Source: an uncultured Porphyromonadaceae bacterium | Lineage (GTDB): Bacteria; Bacteroidota; Bacteroidia; Bacteroidales; Muribaculaceae | Length of the DNA: 64,000 bases | Assembly (NCBI GenBank): GCA_947177575.1 | Contig: CAMWVA010000001.1 | Location: 3,672 to 67,671, forward strand | Direction: 5' to 3' | Shown: positions 24,447 through 35,933 of the stretch, in pieces | Numbering within the stretch: the stretch's first letter is position 1 | How the letters are laid out: each line of letters opens with the position of its first letter | Notes under the pieces: model-generated | What the model was told of the DNA's origin: nothing | What the model saw: only the letters and a program-made list of their open reading frames with translations | Database searches by the model: none | Translations under genes and position numbers: made by a program

Positions 24447-24455
24447 ACCTCCTTT
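24447..24455 (-). promoter_or_regulatory. Strong Shine-Dalgarno sequence of rplF
   Basis: AAAGGAGGT, 8 nt upstream of the ATG. Confidence 0.65.
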
Positions 24456-24459
24456 GTGA

Positions 24460-24858
24460 TTAGTAAACATAGCATAATACTTCGCCGCCGATCTTACGGT
24501 CTTTAGCTTCCTTATTGGTCATCACTCCGTGCGATGTCGACAGAATGGCAATACCAAGGCCATTGAGCACGCGAGGCATATCTTTGTAGCCAGTGTACTG
24601 GCGCAGACCCGGACGTGACACACGGTGGAGGTTCTTGATAGCGCTCACCTTATCTACGGGGTCGTACTTGAGGGCAATCTTGATAGTGCCCGCAGGGGTA
24701 GGACCTTCTACAAACTTGTAGTTAAGGATGTAGCCCTGATCGAAAAGGATTTTGGTGATTTCCCTTTTCATCTTAGACGAGGGGATTTCCACCACGCGGT
24801 GACCCGCACGGATGGCATTCCTCAGTCTGGTCAAATAATCTGCTATTGGATCAGTCAT
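24460..24858 (-). CDS. rpsH: 30S ribosomal protein S8
   Basis: MTDPIADYLTRLRNA; SRPGLR; GGEVLCYVY. Confidence 0.99.
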   Translation of the reverse strand: MTDPIADYLTRLRNAIRAGHRVVEIPSSKMKREITKILFDQGYILNYKFVEGPTPAGTIKIALKYDPVDKVSAIKNLHRVSRPGLRQYTGYKDMPRVLNGLGIAILSTSHGVMTNKEAKDRKIGGEVLCYVY

Positions 24859-25097
24859 TTTGGTGTTTGTTAAATTGATTCAGCAGTCCTGAACAATATT
24901 TAATTACTCGCATGTTGTTCTTATTTCCTAACGTCTTCTTAACCGGGCACACGGCGATTTATTATGACCACTTACATGCGCGTGCAGTCTTTCAGGGTCG
25001 TCTTCCTATGCTGGGTAGCCCTGTTTCGAGAAGGGCGAAGCACCGGATTCGGGCCTTAAAAACTGTCAGTCTAGAATACCTCCGAAATAAAAACTCA

Positions 25098-25128
25098 CAA
25101 AATTAGCTATTTTCTCCGACAGCACAAA
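25098..25128 (-). promoter_or_regulatory. Internal sigma-A promoter upstream of rpsH
   Basis: Minus-strand TTTG (25125-25128), 19-nt spacer, TAATTTTG (25098-25105). Confidence 0.7.
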
Positions 25129-25212
25129 GAGTTACACCAAACTTTCACAAGGATATTATAGTTTTTTTATGTTTTTAACTTTTTTGAGGGGTCCGAAACA
25201 ACATTTTTTAGC

Positions 25213-25257
25213 AAAAAAGCCGTCCCATACCACTTGTAAGCGGTACGGGACGACTTT
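25213..25257 (-). terminator. Intrinsic terminator after rpsN
   Basis: Minus-strand AAAGTCGTCCCGTACC-GCTTACAAGT-GGTATGGGACGGCTTTTTT. Confidence 0.75.
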
Positions 25258-25352
25258 CAATTTTTGTATCGGAACATCCGGTCTTGTGCCGGACACATTG
25301 CGCTGTAGTTATCTGTCAGGTTCAGCCGGACCACCGAACTGAACTGTGAGGC

Positions 25353-25655
25353 TTACCAGCTGGCTTTCTTCACACCCGGAATAAGGCCTGCTGAAGCCAT
25401 CTCGCGGAACTGAATACGCGAGATGCCGAACTGGCGCATATATCCTTTGGGACGACCGGTAAGCTCGCAACGGTTGTGCAGACGCACACGTGAAGCGTTC
25501 TTAGGAAGCTTCTGCAGCTTAGTGAGAGCTTCATAGTCGATATTACCCTCGGCATCGGCCAGGGCAGCCTTCTTGAGGGCAGCCTTCTTGGCGGCGTACT
25601 TCTCCACCAGGCGCTGGCGCTTAACCTCACGGGCCTTCATTGATTCTTTTGCCAT
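25353..25655 (-). CDS. rpsN: 30S ribosomal protein S14 (long, non-zinc-ribbon type)
   Basis: [10 protein letters not shown]...[14 protein letters not shown]...PGVKKASW. Confidence 0.98.
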   Translation of the reverse strand: MAKESMKAREVKRQRLVEKYAAKKAALKKAALADAEGNIDYEALTKLQKLPKNASRVRLHNRCELTGRPKGYMRQFGISRIQFREMASAGLIPGVKKASW

Positions 25656-25661
25656 TACGTC

Positions 25662-26204
25662 TTATTTTTTGAAGGGAAGTCCAAATTTCTTAAGCAGTGC
25701 GAAACCTTCCTCGTCGGTGTTAGCCGAAGTTACGAAAGTAATATTCATACCCTGCAGCTTAGGCACATTATCGATATTGATTTCGGGGAAGATAATCTGC
25801 TCGGTGATACCCAGAGTGTAGTTGCCGCGGCCGTCAAGCTTGGCATTGATACCCTTGAAGTCACGGATACGGGGCAGAGCCACACGAATCAGACGCTCCA
25901 GGAACTCGTACATTTTGTCACGACGCAGTGTCACCATAGCGCCGATAGGCATCTTTTTACGAAGTTTGAAGTTAGAGATATCCTTCTTCGAGAGTGTAGG
26001 CACAGCTTTCTGACCGGTGATAGCCGTAAGCTCGTTGATAGCAGTCTCGATGAGCTTCTTATCCTGGGTGGCACCGCCGAGGCCCTGGTTGATGACGATC
26101 TTCTCCAGACGGGGCACCTGCATAACAGTGCTGTAGTTGAACTCCTTAGTGAGTTCGGGAACTATACGTTCTTTATAGTCCTTGGCTAATGTCGTCTCGC
26201 TCAT
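25662..26204 (-). CDS. rplE: 50S ribosomal protein L5
   Basis: KIVINQG; ITGQK; LPRIRDFKG. Confidence 0.99.
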   Translation of the reverse strand: MSETTLAKDYKERIVPELTKEFNYSTVMQVPRLEKIVINQGLGGATQDKKLIETAINELTAITGQKAVPTLSKKDISNFKLRKKMPIGAMVTLRRDKMYEFLERLIRVALPRIRDFKGINAKLDGRGNYTLGITEQIIFPEINIDNVPKLQGMNITFVTSANTDEEGFALLKKFGLPFKK

Positions 26205-26524
26205 TATTTAATCTCCTCGTTTGACTGTTTAGAATAACGTACGGTTTTGCCCTCCTCATTCTTACGACGTCCTACACGGCAGGGTTTGCCGGTCTTGGGG
26301 TCGAGGGGGTTGATATTCGAGATAGAGATCGGAGCCTCTGTCTTGATGATACCGCCCTGGGGATATTTGGCAGTGGGCTTAGTACTCTTAGACACCATAT
26401 TGATGCCTTCTACAAGAGCGCGGCCCTTCTTAGGAATCACTTCAAGCACACGACCGGTCTTACCTTTATCGTCGCCGGCGTTGACATAGACGATGTCGCC
26501 CTTTTTGATATGGAATTTTGCCAT
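26204..26524 (-). CDS. rplX: 50S ribosomal protein L24
   Basis: IKKGD.V.V.AGDDKGK KOW motif. Confidence 0.99.
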   Translation of the reverse strand: MAKFHIKKGDIVYVNAGDDKGKTGRVLEVIPKKGRALVEGINMVSKSTKPTAKYPQGGIIKTEAPISISNINPLDPKTGKPCRVGRRKNEEGKTVRYSKQSNEEIK

Positions 26525-26544
26525 TTTTCTAAATCTTTAAGACA

Positions 26545-26910
26545 TTAAAGCACCTCGGGTGCAAGCGACACAATCTTCATGTTTGTGGCACGCAGCTCAC
26601 GGGCCACAGGGCCGAAGATACGTGTGCCACGTATCTCACCGGCGTTGTTAAGCAGTACGCATGCGTTATCATCGAAGCGGATATAGCTACCGTCGGGACG
26701 GCGTATCTCTTTCTTAGTGCGCACTACGACAGCCTTAGAGACTGTGCCTTTCTTTACCTCCGACGAAGGGATGGTGCTCTTGATAGTGACAACGATAATG
26801 TCACCTACAGAAGCGTATCTGCGACCTGTACCGCCAAGTACATGTATACAGAGGGCTTCCTTTGCGCCGCTGTTGTCGGCTACTGTCAAACGTGATTCGG
26901 TCTGTATCAT
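26545..26910 (-). CDS. rplN: 50S ribosomal protein L14
   Basis: VADNSGAK; RFDDNACV; SLAPEVL. Confidence 0.99.
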   Translation of the reverse strand: MIQTESRLTVADNSGAKEALCIHVLGGTGRRYASVGDIIVVTIKSTIPSSEVKKGTVSKAVVVRTKKEIRRPDGSYIRFDDNACVLLNNAGEIRGTRIFGPVARELRATNMKIVSLAPEVL

Positions 26911-26912
26911 GA

Positions 26913-27173
26913 TTACTTAACTTTTTCGATGATTTCTACAAGTCTCCATCTCTTGGTCTTGCTCAGGGGACGTGTCTCCATGAGGCGGACGGTATCACCT
27001 ACGGAGCACTCGTTGTTCTCGTCGTGAGCATGATATTTCTTCGTCTTGTTGACGAACTTACCGTAGATAGGGTGTTTCTCTTTCCACTTGATTTCGACAG
27101 TGATGGTCTTGTCGCACTTGTTGCTGGAAACAACCCCGATTCTTTCTTTTCTCAAATGTCTTTTCTCTTCCAT
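26913..27173 (-). CDS. rpsQ: 30S ribosomal protein S17
   Basis: HPIYGK; [13 protein letters not shown]. Confidence 0.99.
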   Translation of the reverse strand: MEEKRHLRKERIGVVSSNKCDKTITVEIKWKEKHPIYGKFVNKTKKYHAHDENNECSVGDTVRLMETRPLSKTKRWRLVEIIEKVK

Positions 27174-27196
27174 TTTCTTAAAAAATTGTTTGGGGG

Positions 27197-27412
27197 TTAG
27201 TCATTGGCGGGAGCTGCCTGAGCGGCAATCTCCTTCTGACGCAGCACGGTCTTCAAGCGGGCAATCTCGCGACGGTCTTTAGTGATTTTAGCGGGATTGT
27301 CGATGGGAGATATCGCGTGCGTTACTTTCAATTCACGATAAGCCTTCTCTGCGGCCTCAATACGGGCCTGCAGCTCCTGAATGCTTAATTCCTTGATTTC
27401 TTCCTTTTTCAT
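27197..27412 (-). CDS. rpmC: 50S ribosomal protein L29
   Basis: Position between rplP and rpsQ; NPAKI...RREIARLKT. Confidence 0.96.
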   Translation of the reverse strand: MKKEEIKELSIQELQARIEAAEKAYRELKVTHAISPIDNPAKITKDRREIARLKTVLRQKEIAAQAAPAND

Positions 27413-27524
27413 TTTGTGTTTGTCTATCTCTGTTGTATAACGTAGGCATCGGCCGGCTTATTGTATGGCCGGCCGCGCCATCGTCGTGTGTTTCAGGTGG
27501 GGGATGAGGAGAGTGAGGGCAAAC

Positions 27525-27956
27525 TTAGACGTTCTGCGAAGGATCGTAGTCGCGGCGAACGACAAACTTGGTGATAACAGGAAGCTTCTGAGCGGCCAGA
27601 CGGAGTGCTTCCTTGGCAACGTCGTAGCTTACGCCTTCTACCTCGATAAGGATACGTCCCGGAGTCACAGGTGCAACGAAGCCTTCGGGATTACCTTTAC
27701 CTTTACCCATTCGCACCTCGGCCGGCTTCTTAGTGATAGGCTTGTCGGGGAAGATACGAATCCATATCTGACCCTGACGCTGCATGTAGCGTGTCACGGC
27801 CACACGGGCAGCCTCAATCTGACGGCCGGTAATCCATTTCGACTCAAGAGTCTTTATGCCGAAGCTGCCGAAGGCGAGCTGATGGCCACGCTGGGCCTCG
27901 CCCTTCATACGGCCTTTTTGCGACCTGCGGTATTTTGTCTTTTTCGGTTGTAACAT
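27525..27956 (-). CDS. rplP: 50S ribosomal protein L16
   Basis: [10 protein letters not shown]; RMGKGKG. Confidence 0.99.
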   Translation of the reverse strand: MLQPKKTKYRRSQKGRMKGEAQRGHQLAFGSFGIKTLESKWITGRQIEAARVAVTRYMQRQGQIWIRIFPDKPITKKPAEVRMGKGKGNPEGFVAPVTPGRILIEVEGVSYDVAKEALRLAAQKLPVITKFVVRRDYDPSQNV

Positions 27957-27987
27957 TTGGTCTGCGTTGTTTAGTTAACGGACTTGT

Positions 27988-28728
27988 TTAGCGGTTGTTG
28001 TTTCTCTTGTTGCGGAAACCGCCCTTACGGCCGCCCTGCGGACGACCACCGCCCTGGGGCTGCTCCTTAACGCCGACAGCGTAAGAGGGGGTAAGCTCCT
28101 TCTTGCCATAGATCTCACCGCGGCAGATCCACACCTTGATACCGATGATACCTACTTTAGTGAGAGCTTCTACCAATGCGTAGTCAATATCGGCACGCAG
28201 GGTATGCAGCGGAGTACGGCCTTCCTTGAACATCTCGCTACGGGCCATTTCAGCACCGTTGAGACGGCCGCTGACCTGAACCTTTATACCCTCGGCACCC
28301 ATACGCATGGTTGAGGCGATAGCCATCTTTACAGCACGACGGTAAGCAACTTTGTTCTCTATCTGGCGAGCGATATTGCTTGCTACGATTTCGGCGTCGA
28401 GTTCGGGACGCTTGATCTCATGGATATTGATCTGAACATCCTTATCGGTGAGCTTCTTAAGCTCCTCCTTAAGTCCGTCAACCTTCTGACCGCCAGGGCC
28501 TATAATCATACCCGGACGAGAAGTGCAGATAGTCACAGTGACCATCTTCAGTGTACGCTCGATAATGATGCGCGAAACGCTTGCCTTGGCGTGACGGGTG
28601 CGAAGGTACTCACGGATTTTCGAGTCCTCGAGCAGTGTGTCACCGTACTTCTTGCCGCCATACCAGTTGGAGTCCCAACCGCGGATGACACCGAGACGGT
28701 TGCTGATCGGATTAACTTTCTGTCCCAT
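27988..28728 (-). CDS. rpsC: 30S ribosomal protein S3
   Basis: MGQKVNP; [10 protein letters not shown]; [10 protein letters not shown]. Confidence 0.99.
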   Translation of the reverse strand: MGQKVNPISNRLGVIRGWDSNWYGGKKYGDTLLEDSKIREYLRTRHAKASVSRIIIERTLKMVTVTICTSRPGMIIGPGGQKVDGLKEELKKLTDKDVQINIHEIKRPELDAEIVASNIARQIENKVAYRRAVKMAIASTMRMGAEGIKVQVSGRLNGAEMARSEMFKEGRTPLHTLRADIDYALVEALTKVGIIGIKVWICRGEIYGKKELTPSYAVGVKEQPQGGGRPQGGRKGGFRNKRNNNR

Positions 28729-28736
28729 CTTTCAAA

Positions 28737-29141
28737 TTAAGCTTTTTCGTTATTAATCGTATCGACGTAGATAGTCACATGGTTTGAGCGCTTGCGGATG
28801 CGATAACCGCGACCCTGGGGAGCCGGACGCAGACGCTTCAGCATGGGAGCGGCGTCAACGAATACTGTCTTGACATAGAGCTCACCGGCCTGTGCCTTAC
28901 GCTCATTCTTCTGTTCCCAGTTAGCAATGGCCGAGCGAAGCAGTTTCTCTACCTTGTTCGAAGCCAGCTTGTTCGAGAATTTAAGGATGCCGAGGGCCTT
29001 GAAAGCCTCCTGGCCGCGGATCATATCAACCACCAGGCGCATCTTACGGGGCGACGACGACTCGTTATGAAGCTTGGCGAAGTATTCGCTCTTGCGGGCT
29101 TCCTTCAGGGCGTCGGCCATTTTTCTTTTTCTTACACCCAT
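28737..29141 (-). CDS. rplV: 50S ribosomal protein L22
   Basis: [14 protein letters not shown]; [15 protein letters not shown]. Confidence 0.98.
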   Translation of the reverse strand: MGVRKRKMADALKEARKSEYFAKLHNESSSPRKMRLVVDMIRGQEAFKALGILKFSNKLASNKVEKLLRSAIANWEQKNERKAQAGELYVKTVFVDAAPMLKRLRPAPQGRGYRIRKRSNHVTIYVDTINNEKA

Positions 29142-29253
29142 TGTATATGTGTTCTTTTTTTCGTTTGTTAGTGTCGGGATACCGGGAGGCTGAGGCGCGG
29201 ACCGCTATCGGTTAGCGCCGGCCGCCCTCTATCCCGGTCAGGGACTCCTGGTG

Positions 29254-29523
29254 TTACTTCTTCTTGTTGCCGCCGTGGCCGCGGAATGTACGTGTGGGAG
29301 CAAACTCACCGAGTTTGTGGCCCACCATGTTCTCGGTCACATAGACAGGAATGAACTTATTACCATTGTGCACGGCGAAGGTGTGGCCGACAAAGTCAGG
29401 AGAGATCATCGACGCACGGCTCCAGGTCTTGATGACCGATTTCTTGCCTGTGGCGTCCATGGCGGCTACCTTCTTCTCCAGCTTCACGCTGATAAAGGGT
29501 CCTTTTTTAAGCGAACGACTCAT
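29254..29523 (-). CDS. rpsS: 30S ribosomal protein S19
   Basis: [10 protein letters not shown]; [11 protein letters not shown]. Confidence 0.99.
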   Translation of the reverse strand: MSRSLKKGPFISVKLEKKVAAMDATGKKSVIKTWSRASMISPDFVGHTFAVHNGNKFIPVYVTENMVGHKLGEFAPTRTFRGHGGNKKK

Positions 29524-29545
29524 AGTTGTCTTCTTTTATCAAATT

Positions 29546-30418
29546 TTATTTTTTCCTTCTTTCAATGATATACTTCGAAGAGTGCTTCTTGGGCGAGCGA
29601 GTCTTCAGGCCCTTAGCATACAGACCTGTACGCGAACGGGGATGACCACCCGACTGACGACCTTCGCCACCACCCATGGGGTGATCGACAGGGTTCATTA
29701 CCACACCACGGTTGTGAGGGCGACGGCCCAGCCAGCGGCTGCGGCCGGCCTTGCCGCTCTGTTCCAGAGCGTGGTCTGAGTTTCCTACCACACCTACAGT
29801 GGCACGGCAGGCAAGAAGCACCTTACGGGTTTCACCCGAAGGCAATTTGATAATCGCGTAGTCGCCTTCACGCGAAGTCAACTGAGCGAACGTACCGGCT
29901 GAACGGGCCATCACGGCTCCCTGACCGGGACGCAGTTCGATACAATGGATAAGGGTACCGACGGGAATCTTCGACAGAGGCAGAGTGTTGCCTACCTCGG
30001 GTGCGACGTTTTCGCCGCTGATTACTTCCTGACCTACTTCAAGACCGTTGGGGGCGATGATGTAAGCCTTCTGGCCATCTTTGTAGTAAAGCAGAGCGAT
30101 ATGAGCAGAACGGTTGGGATCATACTCGATGCTCTTTACTACGGCCGGAACGTCGTCAAAATTTCTCTTAAAGTCGATGAGACGGAGTTTCCTCTTGTGA
30201 CCGCCGCCGCGATAGCGGGTCGAAAGATGACCCGATGAGTTGCGGCCGCCTGTCGAGCGTTTGCCGACCACGAGAGTCTTTTCTGGTGCGTTAGCAGTTG
30301 ATTTGCGAACCAGTTTGTTGCCGTCCTTATCGACGCCGATAAACTCTTCGCGTTTGAATACACCAATAATCTTATGTCTCTGGCCCGGGGTTGTGGGCTT
30401 GAATTTCTTAACTGCCAT
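29546..30418 (-). CDS. rplB: 50S ribosomal protein L2
   Basis: IEYDPNRSA; [13 protein letters not shown]. Confidence 0.99.
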   Translation of the reverse strand: MAVKKFKPTTPGQRHKIIGVFKREEFIGVDKDGNKLVRKSTANAPEKTLVVGKRSTGGRNSSGHLSTRYRGGGHKRKLRLIDFKRNFDDVPAVVKSIEYDPNRSAHIALLYYKDGQKAYIIAPNGLEVGQEVISGENVAPEVGNTLPLSKIPVGTLIHCIELRPGQGAVMARSAGTFAQLTSREGDYAIIKLPSGETRKVLLACRATVGVVGNSDHALEQSGKAGRSRWLGRRPHNRGVVMNPVDHPMGGGEGRQSGGHPRSRTGLYAKGLKTRSPKKHSSKYIIERRKK

Positions 30419-30421
30419 CGG

Positions 30422-30712
30422 TTAAATGTTGCTATAATAGTCAATCTTCTGTCCTTCTGCCACAGTCACATAAGCCTTCTTATAGGCAGGTCTCTGACCG
30501 CGCAGGATGCCGCTCTTGGTATAGCGCTGCTTACGCTTGCCGGCATAATTGGCTGTGTTAACCCGTACGACGCGCACGTTGTAAAGCTTTTCAACGATGT
30601 CCTTAATCTGGAACTTATTAGCGTCGGGAGACACAGCAAATGTGTAGCAATTTTCCTTCTCGCTATAGGCGTTTGCCTTCTCGGTAACGAGGGGTTTGAT
30701 ATCTATATTCAT
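30422..30712 (-). CDS. rplW: 50S ribosomal protein L23
   Basis: PLVTEK; YKKAYVT. Confidence 0.98.
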   Translation of the reverse strand: MNIDIKPLVTEKANAYSEKENCYTFAVSPDANKFQIKDIVEKLYNVRVVRVNTANYAGKRKQRYTKSGILRGQRPAYKKAYVTVAEGQKIDYYSNI

Positions 30713-30735
30713 TTCTTTTATCTCCGGTTAATGGG

Positions 30736-31371
30736 TTAAAACACGTCATTTATGACCTTGATACTATCCTCGGTGACAACAAGCGCATCATTGTTGAGCA
30801 CAGCATAAGCATTAAGGTCTATGGCCTGCATCATCAGAGCGTTGGGGACATTGCGTACCGACAGCAGAACATTATCGTCTACATTGTTAAGCACGAGCAG
30901 AACGCGCTTGTCTGCCACTTTGAGATTCTTGGCCATTTCGATGTAACTCTTGGTGCGCGGAGCATCAAAAGTGAAGTTTTCGACCACAATTATCTTCTGG
31001 TCAGCTGCCTTCGAGGTCAGTGCTATGCGGCGTGCCAGAGCTTTCATCTTCTTATTGAGCTTGGTACGATAGTCGCGCGGACGCGGACCGAACACTGTGC
31101 CACCGCCGCGAAGCAGAGGTGAATTGATGTCACCGCGACGAGCGCCGCCGCCGCCCTTCTGACGACCGAGCTTACGGGTAGAACCGCTGACCTCGCTACG
31201 CTCTTTGCTCTTGTGAGTGCCCTGACGCTGGTTGCCGAGATACTGCTTGATGTCGAGATAGAGGGTGTGATCAGCATTGCCCTCGCTCAGGTCGCGGCAG
31301 AACACCGCATCGTTGAGTTCGACCTTACGGCCGGTGTCTTCTCCCTTGATGTTGTAAACTGCTACTTCCAT
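30736..31371 (-). CDS. rplD: 50S ribosomal protein L4
   Basis: [13 protein letters not shown]; RQKGGGGAR; FGPRPR. Confidence 0.99.
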   Translation of the reverse strand: MEVAVYNIKGEDTGRKVELNDAVFCRDLSEGNADHTLYLDIKQYLGNQRQGTHKSKERSEVSGSTRKLGRQKGGGGARRGDINSPLLRGGGTVFGPRPRDYRTKLNKKMKALARRIALTSKAADQKIIVVENFTFDAPRTKSYIEMAKNLKVADKRVLLVLNNVDDNVLLSVRNVPNALMMQAIDLNAYAVLNNDALVVTEDSIKVINDVF

Positions 31372-31988
31372 TATTTCTCAACTGAAACGATTGAACCTTT
31401 GGGGCCCGGAATCGAACCCTTGATAACTAACAAATTGTGTTCGGGCAGTACTTTAATAACCTGAAGATTCTGCACTGTCACACGCTCGTTGCCCATCTGG
31501 CCGGCCATACGCAGGCCTTTGAACACCTTGGCAGGATACGAGCAGGCACCGATAGAACCGGGGGCACGAAGACGGTTATGCTGACCGTGAGTGCTCTGGC
31601 CTACACCGCCGAAGCCATGACGTTTAACAACGCCCTGGAAGCCTTTACCCTTGCTGGTACCGACTACATCGACAAAGCCACCCTCCTGAAACAGCTCGAC
31701 AGTGAGTGTCTCGCCTAAGGCGGGCATAGTCTCAAATGACTTGAACTCGGCCAAGTGGCGCTGGGGGGCTACTCCGGCCTTCTTGAAGTGACCGGCCATG
31801 GGCTTGTTGGTGTGCTTCTCTTTCTGCTCCTGGAAGCCTACCTGAACGGCGTCATAGCCGTCCTTGTCCATAGTTTTGATCTGAGTAACCACACAAGGAC
31901 CTAATTCGATAACAGTGCACGGAACATTCTTTCCGTCGGCACTGAAAACGGATGTCATTCCGATTTTCTTTCCTAATAATCCTGGCAT
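31371..31988 (-). CDS. rplC: 50S ribosomal protein L3
   Basis: GKKIGMT; [15 protein letters not shown]. Confidence 0.99.
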   Translation of the reverse strand: MPGLLGKKIGMTSVFSADGKNVPCTVIELGPCVVTQIKTMDKDGYDAVQVGFQEQKEKHTNKPMAGHFKKAGVAPQRHLAEFKSFETMPALGETLTVELFQEGGFVDVVGTSKGKGFQGVVKRHGFGGVGQSTHGQHNRLRAPGSIGACSYPAKVFKGLRMAGQMGNERVTVQNLQVIKVLPEHNLLVIKGSIPGPKGSIVSVEK

Positions 31989-32077
31989 TTCTTACTTCTG
32001 TATTTATCTTTTGGCCGGTGCCGCCTGCGGCACCGGCTCTATGAGTTTAGGTTGGGATTGAGTTGAGAGAGTTAAGG

Positions 32078-32383
32078 TCAGACCTTAATTGACACGTCTA
32101 CACCGCTGGGAAGTTCAAGCTTCATCAGAGCATCGACAGTCTTCGAGCTGCTGCTGTAGATGTCTATCAGACGCTGGAAAGATGAGAGCTGGAACTGCTC
32201 GCGCGACTTCTTGTTAACGAATGTCGAACGGTTGACGGTGAAGATACGCTTATGAGTGGGCAGGGGTATCGGGCCGCTCACCACCGCGCCGGTGGCCTTC
32301 ACTGTCTTGACGATCTTCTCAGCCGACTTGTCGACCAGATTGTGATCGTAAGATTTGAGTTTGATTCTGATTTTGTGGTCCAT
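32078..32383 (-). CDS. rpsJ: 30S ribosomal protein S10
   Basis: [10 protein letters not shown]; GPIPLPT; KSREQF. Confidence 0.99.
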   Translation of the reverse strand: MDHKIRIKLKSYDHNLVDKSAEKIVKTVKATGAVVSGPIPLPTHKRIFTVNRSTFVNKKSREQFQLSSFQRLIDIYSSSSKTVDALMKLELPSGVDVSIKV

Positions 32384-32399
32384 ATTGTTGTTTCGTATT

Positions 32400-34523
32400 T
32401 TATTTCAGTAGATCAACGCGGCCCTGGCACTCGGTGAGTACGTTGCGGGCTATAGAGCTGCTCACTTCTGCATAGTGACTGAAGCTCATGGTCGAAGTGG
32501 CACGGCCTGAAGTGATGGTACGAAGTGCGGTCACATAACCGAACATTTCTGCCAGCGGAGCTTTAGCCTTAACGATACGGGCACCGCTACGGCTTGTTTC
32601 CATACCCTCTACCTGGCCACGGCGTTTGTTAAGGTCGCCGATTACATCACCCATGCTTTCTTCCGGAGTCACTACCTCTATCTTCATGATAGGTTCAAGA
32701 AGAACGGGACCGGCTTTTTCCGATGCCTTTTTGAAGGCCTGGATAGCACAGAGTTCAAATGACAGCTGGTCTGAGTCAACAGGGTGGAAGCTACCGTCGA
32801 GCAGAGTTACCTTAAGCTGCTCTACAGGATAACCGGCAAGCACACCGTTTTTCATAGCTGTCTGGAAGCCCTTCTGTACAGCAGGAATATACTCTTTAGG
32901 TACATTACCGCCCTTAACTTCATCAACAAACTGAAGATTGCCTTCGAAGCCTTCATCTACAGGCTCTACGCGTACAATGATGTCGGCAAACTTACCACGA
33001 CCACCGGTCTGTTTCTTAAATACTTCACGCAGCTCTACAGGCTTAGTGATAGCCTCTTTGTAAGTAACCTGCGGACGGCCCTGATTACACTCAACCTTGA
33101 ATTCGCGACGCAGACGGTCAATGATAATATCAAGGTGAAGCTCACCCATACCGCTGATGACGGTCTGACCTGTCTCTTCGTTAGTCTCCACACGGAAAGT
33201 CGGGTCTTCCTCGGCCAGCTTCTGAAGGCCGACACCGAGTTTGTCAAGGTCTTTCTGGGTCTTAGGCTCTACAGCGATACCGATAACAGGATCGGGGAAC
33301 TCCATAGCTTCAAGTACGATAGGAGCATCCTCAGCACAGAGTGTGTCACCAGTGCGTATATCCTTGAAACCTACACCGGCACCTATATCGCCACAACCGA
33401 TTACCTCTTTGGGGTTCTGCTTATTAGAGTGCATCTGGAACAGACGCGAGATACGCTCCTTCTTACCCGAACGGCTATTGAGCACGTAGCTACCGGCGGG
33501 AATCTCACCTGAGTAAACACGGAAGAAACACAGACGGCCTACGTAGGGGTCAGTAGCAATCTTGAAAGCAAGAGCTGACATCGGAGCTTCAGGACTGGGC
33601 TCACGGGTCTCAATAGTATCGGGGTCGCCCATAGCGTGACCCTCTACAGCACCGGCATCAAGGGGTGAAGGCAGATAGGCACAGACAGCGTCAAGAAGAG
33701 TCTGAACACCTTTATTCTTAAACGACGAACCGCATATCATGGGATTCACTTCCATAGCCAGAGTAGCTTTACGGATAGCCTTGCGAATCTCCTCGTGAGT
33801 GATTGTATCGGGGTCGTCGAAATATTTCTCCATCAGCACGTCGTCATACTCAGCCAGAGTCTCAAGCATTTTGTCGCGATACTCTTCGGCTTCGTCGCGC
33901 AGGTTGGCCGGAATTTCAGCCACACTGTACTCGGCACCCATGCTTTCGTCATGCCAGAACAGAGCTTTCATAGTGATAAGGTCAACCACACCTTTGAAAG
34001 TCTCTTCGGCACCGATAGGTATCTGGATAGGCAGAGGGTTGGCACCCAGAACTTCACGTACCTGACGCACAACTTCAAAGAAGTTAGCGCCCGAACGGTC
34101 CATCTTGTTGACGTAACCGATACGTGGTACATTGTACTTATCAGCCTGACGCCATACAGTCTCACTCTGGGGTTCTACACCACCTACGGCGCAGAAGGTA
34201 GCGACAGCACCGTCAAGTACACGCAGCGAACGTTCTACCTCAACAGTGAAGTCAACGTGCCCCGGAGTGTCAATAAGATTGATTTTGTATTTATTGCCAT
34301 CATAATTCCAGAACGTGGTGGTGGCTGCCGAAGTGATAGTAATGCCACGCTCCTGCTCCTGCTCCATCCAGTCCATGGTAGCGGCACCATCATGCACCTC
34401 GCCGATTTTGTGAGTCAAGCCGGTGTAGAACAGGATACGCTCCGAAGTAGTGGTTTTGCCGGCATCAATGTGAGCCATGATGCCAATATTTCTGGTGAGC
34501 TTAAGATCGTCGTGTTTTGCCAT
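32400..34523 (-). CDS. fusA: Elongation factor G
   Basis: [34 protein letters not shown]. Confidence 0.99.
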   Translation of the reverse strand: MAKHDDLKLTRNIGIMAHIDAGKTTTSERILFYTGLTHKIGEVHDGAATMDWMEQEQERGITITSAATTTFWNYDGNKYKINLIDTPGHVDFTVEVERSLRVLDGAVATFCAVGGVEPQSETVWRQADKYNVPRIGYVNKMDRSGANFFEVVRQVREVLGANPLPIQIPIGAEETFKGVVDLITMKALFWHDESMGAEYSVAEIPANLRDEAEEYRDKMLETLAEYDDVLMEKYFDDPDTITHEEIRKAIRKATLAMEVNPMICGSSFKNKGVQTLLDAVCAYLPSPLDAGAVEGHAMGDPDTIETREPSPEAPMSALAFKIATDPYVGRLCFFRVYSGEIPAGSYVLNSRSGKKERISRLFQMHSNKQNPKEVIGCGDIGAGVGFKDIRTGDTLCAEDAPIVLEAMEFPDPVIGIAVEPKTQKDLDKLGVGLQKLAEEDPTFRVETNEETGQTVISGMGELHLDIIIDRLRREFKVECNQGRPQVTYKEAITKPVELREVFKKQTGGRGKFADIIVRVEPVDEGFEGNLQFVDEVKGGNVPKEYIPAVQKGFQTAMKNGVLAGYPVEQLKVTLLDGSFHPVDSDQLSFELCAIQAFKKASEKAGPVLLEPIMKIEVVTPEESMGDVIGDLNKRRGQVEGMETSRSGARIVKAKAPLAEMFGYVTALRTITSGRATSTMSFSHYAEVSSSIARNVLTECQGRVDLLK

Positions 34524-34544
34524 TGTAGTGTTGAAATCTCAAAA

Positions 34545-35021
34545 TTAGAATCTGAAGTGTGCGAAAGCGCGGTTAGCCTCAGCCATGCGGTGCATATCCT
34601 CTTTACGTTTGAAGGCACCACCCTGGTCATTGAAGGCATCGACAATTTCAGCGGCCAGTTTGTCGGCCATAGTCTTACCTCCGCGCTTACGGGCATAGAT
34701 GATGAGATTTTTCATTGATATTGATTCCTTACGGTCAGCGCGGATTTCGGTCGGCACCTGGAAGGTAGCACCGCCGACGCGACGTGACTTCACCTCTACC
34801 TGAGGAGTAACATTCTCAAGAGCCTTTTTCCAGATCTCGAGTGCACTCTTCTCCTCGTTGGGCAGCTTGGACTTCACAGTCTCAAGTGCGGTGTAGAAGA
34901 TGGTGTAAGCTGTATTTTTCTTGCCGTCATACATCAGGTGATTCACGAACTTGGTCACCTTTACGTCATGAAAGACTGGATCGGGCAGTATGACGTGCTT
35001 CTTTGGCTTAGCTTTTCTCAT
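34545..35021 (-). CDS. rpsG: 30S ribosomal protein S7
   Basis: [15 protein letters not shown]; [13 protein letters not shown]. Confidence 0.99.
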   Translation of the reverse strand: MRKAKPKKHVILPDPVFHDVKVTKFVNHLMYDGKKNTAYTIFYTALETVKSKLPNEEKSALEIWKKALENVTPQVEVKSRRVGGATFQVPTEIRADRKESISMKNLIIYARKRGGKTMADKLAAEIVDAFNDQGGAFKRKEDMHRMAEANRAFAHFRF

Positions 35022-35260
35022 TGCTGTTTGTTTAATGTTTTTGTCTCGGCTGCACTTGGACGGCTCCGCTCCCCGTTGACGCCCTGCGTTCAGGGCCGGC
35101 GTGCCGTGCTCTGCTCTTCAACGCCCGGCGCTCTCGCCTCGCGTTTACTCAACCTTGGGTCAGCCAGTGAAATCAAAAACAAGTGTACTTTGAATTGTGT
35201 TACTTGACGGCTGCGGCCCGCGCAGCCTTTATTTTGATTTTACTCTCTTGCGGCAAACCC

Positions 35261-35647
35261 TTATTTCTTCTTGGCTGCCTTAGGACGCTTAGCTCCGTAT
35301 TTGGAACGACGCTGTGTGCGGCCCTGTACACCGGCGGTGTCAAGTGTGCCGCGCACGATGTGATAACGCACACCGGGAAGGTCTTTAACACGACCGCCGC
35401 GTACCATCACAATCGAGTGTTCCTGCAGGTTGTGGCCCTCGCCGGGAATGTAGGAGTTCACCTCCTTGCCGTTGGTGAGGCGTACACGGGCAACCTTACG
35501 CATTGCCGAATTAGGCTTCTTGGGGGTTGTCGTGTAGACACGCACACACACGCCACGGCGCTGAGGACATGAGTCCAGAGCCGGAGACTTGCTCTTGTCT
35601 TTAAGAGCCACGCGTCCTTTTCTTACTAACTGCTGAATTGTAGGCAT
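35261..35647 (-). CDS. rpsL: 30S ribosomal protein S12
   Basis: MPTIQQLVR; TPKKPNSA; RVKDLPGV. Confidence 0.99.
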   Translation of the reverse strand: MPTIQQLVRKGRVALKDKSKSPALDSCPQRRGVCVRVYTTTPKKPNSAMRKVARVRLTNGKEVNSYIPGEGHNLQEHSIVMVRGGRVKDLPGVRYHIVRGTLDTAGVQGRTQRRSKYGAKRPKAAKKK

Positions 35648-35829
35648 TCTTAGTTTTGTTTGTTACTTTATTTGATTCAGTTCTTTTGCCTGTGTTATTT
35701 CCGCAAGACTCAGAGGGCCTCGCAGTATTGCCTCAAAAGCAGATTCCATAAACACCGCAAAGCGTACTAAGTTACTGCCACACAGTCACTTAGCCACTCA
35801 GCTAAAGGAAGTCTCTTCTTAAAGCACTG

Positions 35830-35837
35830 CAAAGTTA
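35830..35837 (-). promoter_or_regulatory. -7 promoter element of the str/S10 operon
   Basis: TAACTTTG on the minus strand, about 180 nt upstream of rpsL. Confidence 0.6.
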
Positions 35838-35933
35838 CTAAATCTTAGGGTTTTACACAATACTCACGAACATTTTTTATATCGTATTAACTATTTTTAC
35901 CAATCAACCTTACTTTTCACTCTCTGACCACTC

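Noticed and set aside
32384-32399. No tuf between fusA and rpsJ
   Set aside because: Normal arrangement in Bacteroidetes, where tuf lies elsewhere
32784-34718. Long plus-strand ORFs (242 and 307 aa) antisense to fusA, and similar shadow ORFs across the r-protein genes
   Set aside because: Typical antisense open frames caused by codon bias in highly expressed genes; no recognisable motifs
35261-35647. Streptomycin-resistance substitutions in S12
   Set aside because: PKKPNS and RVKDLPG motifs are wild type
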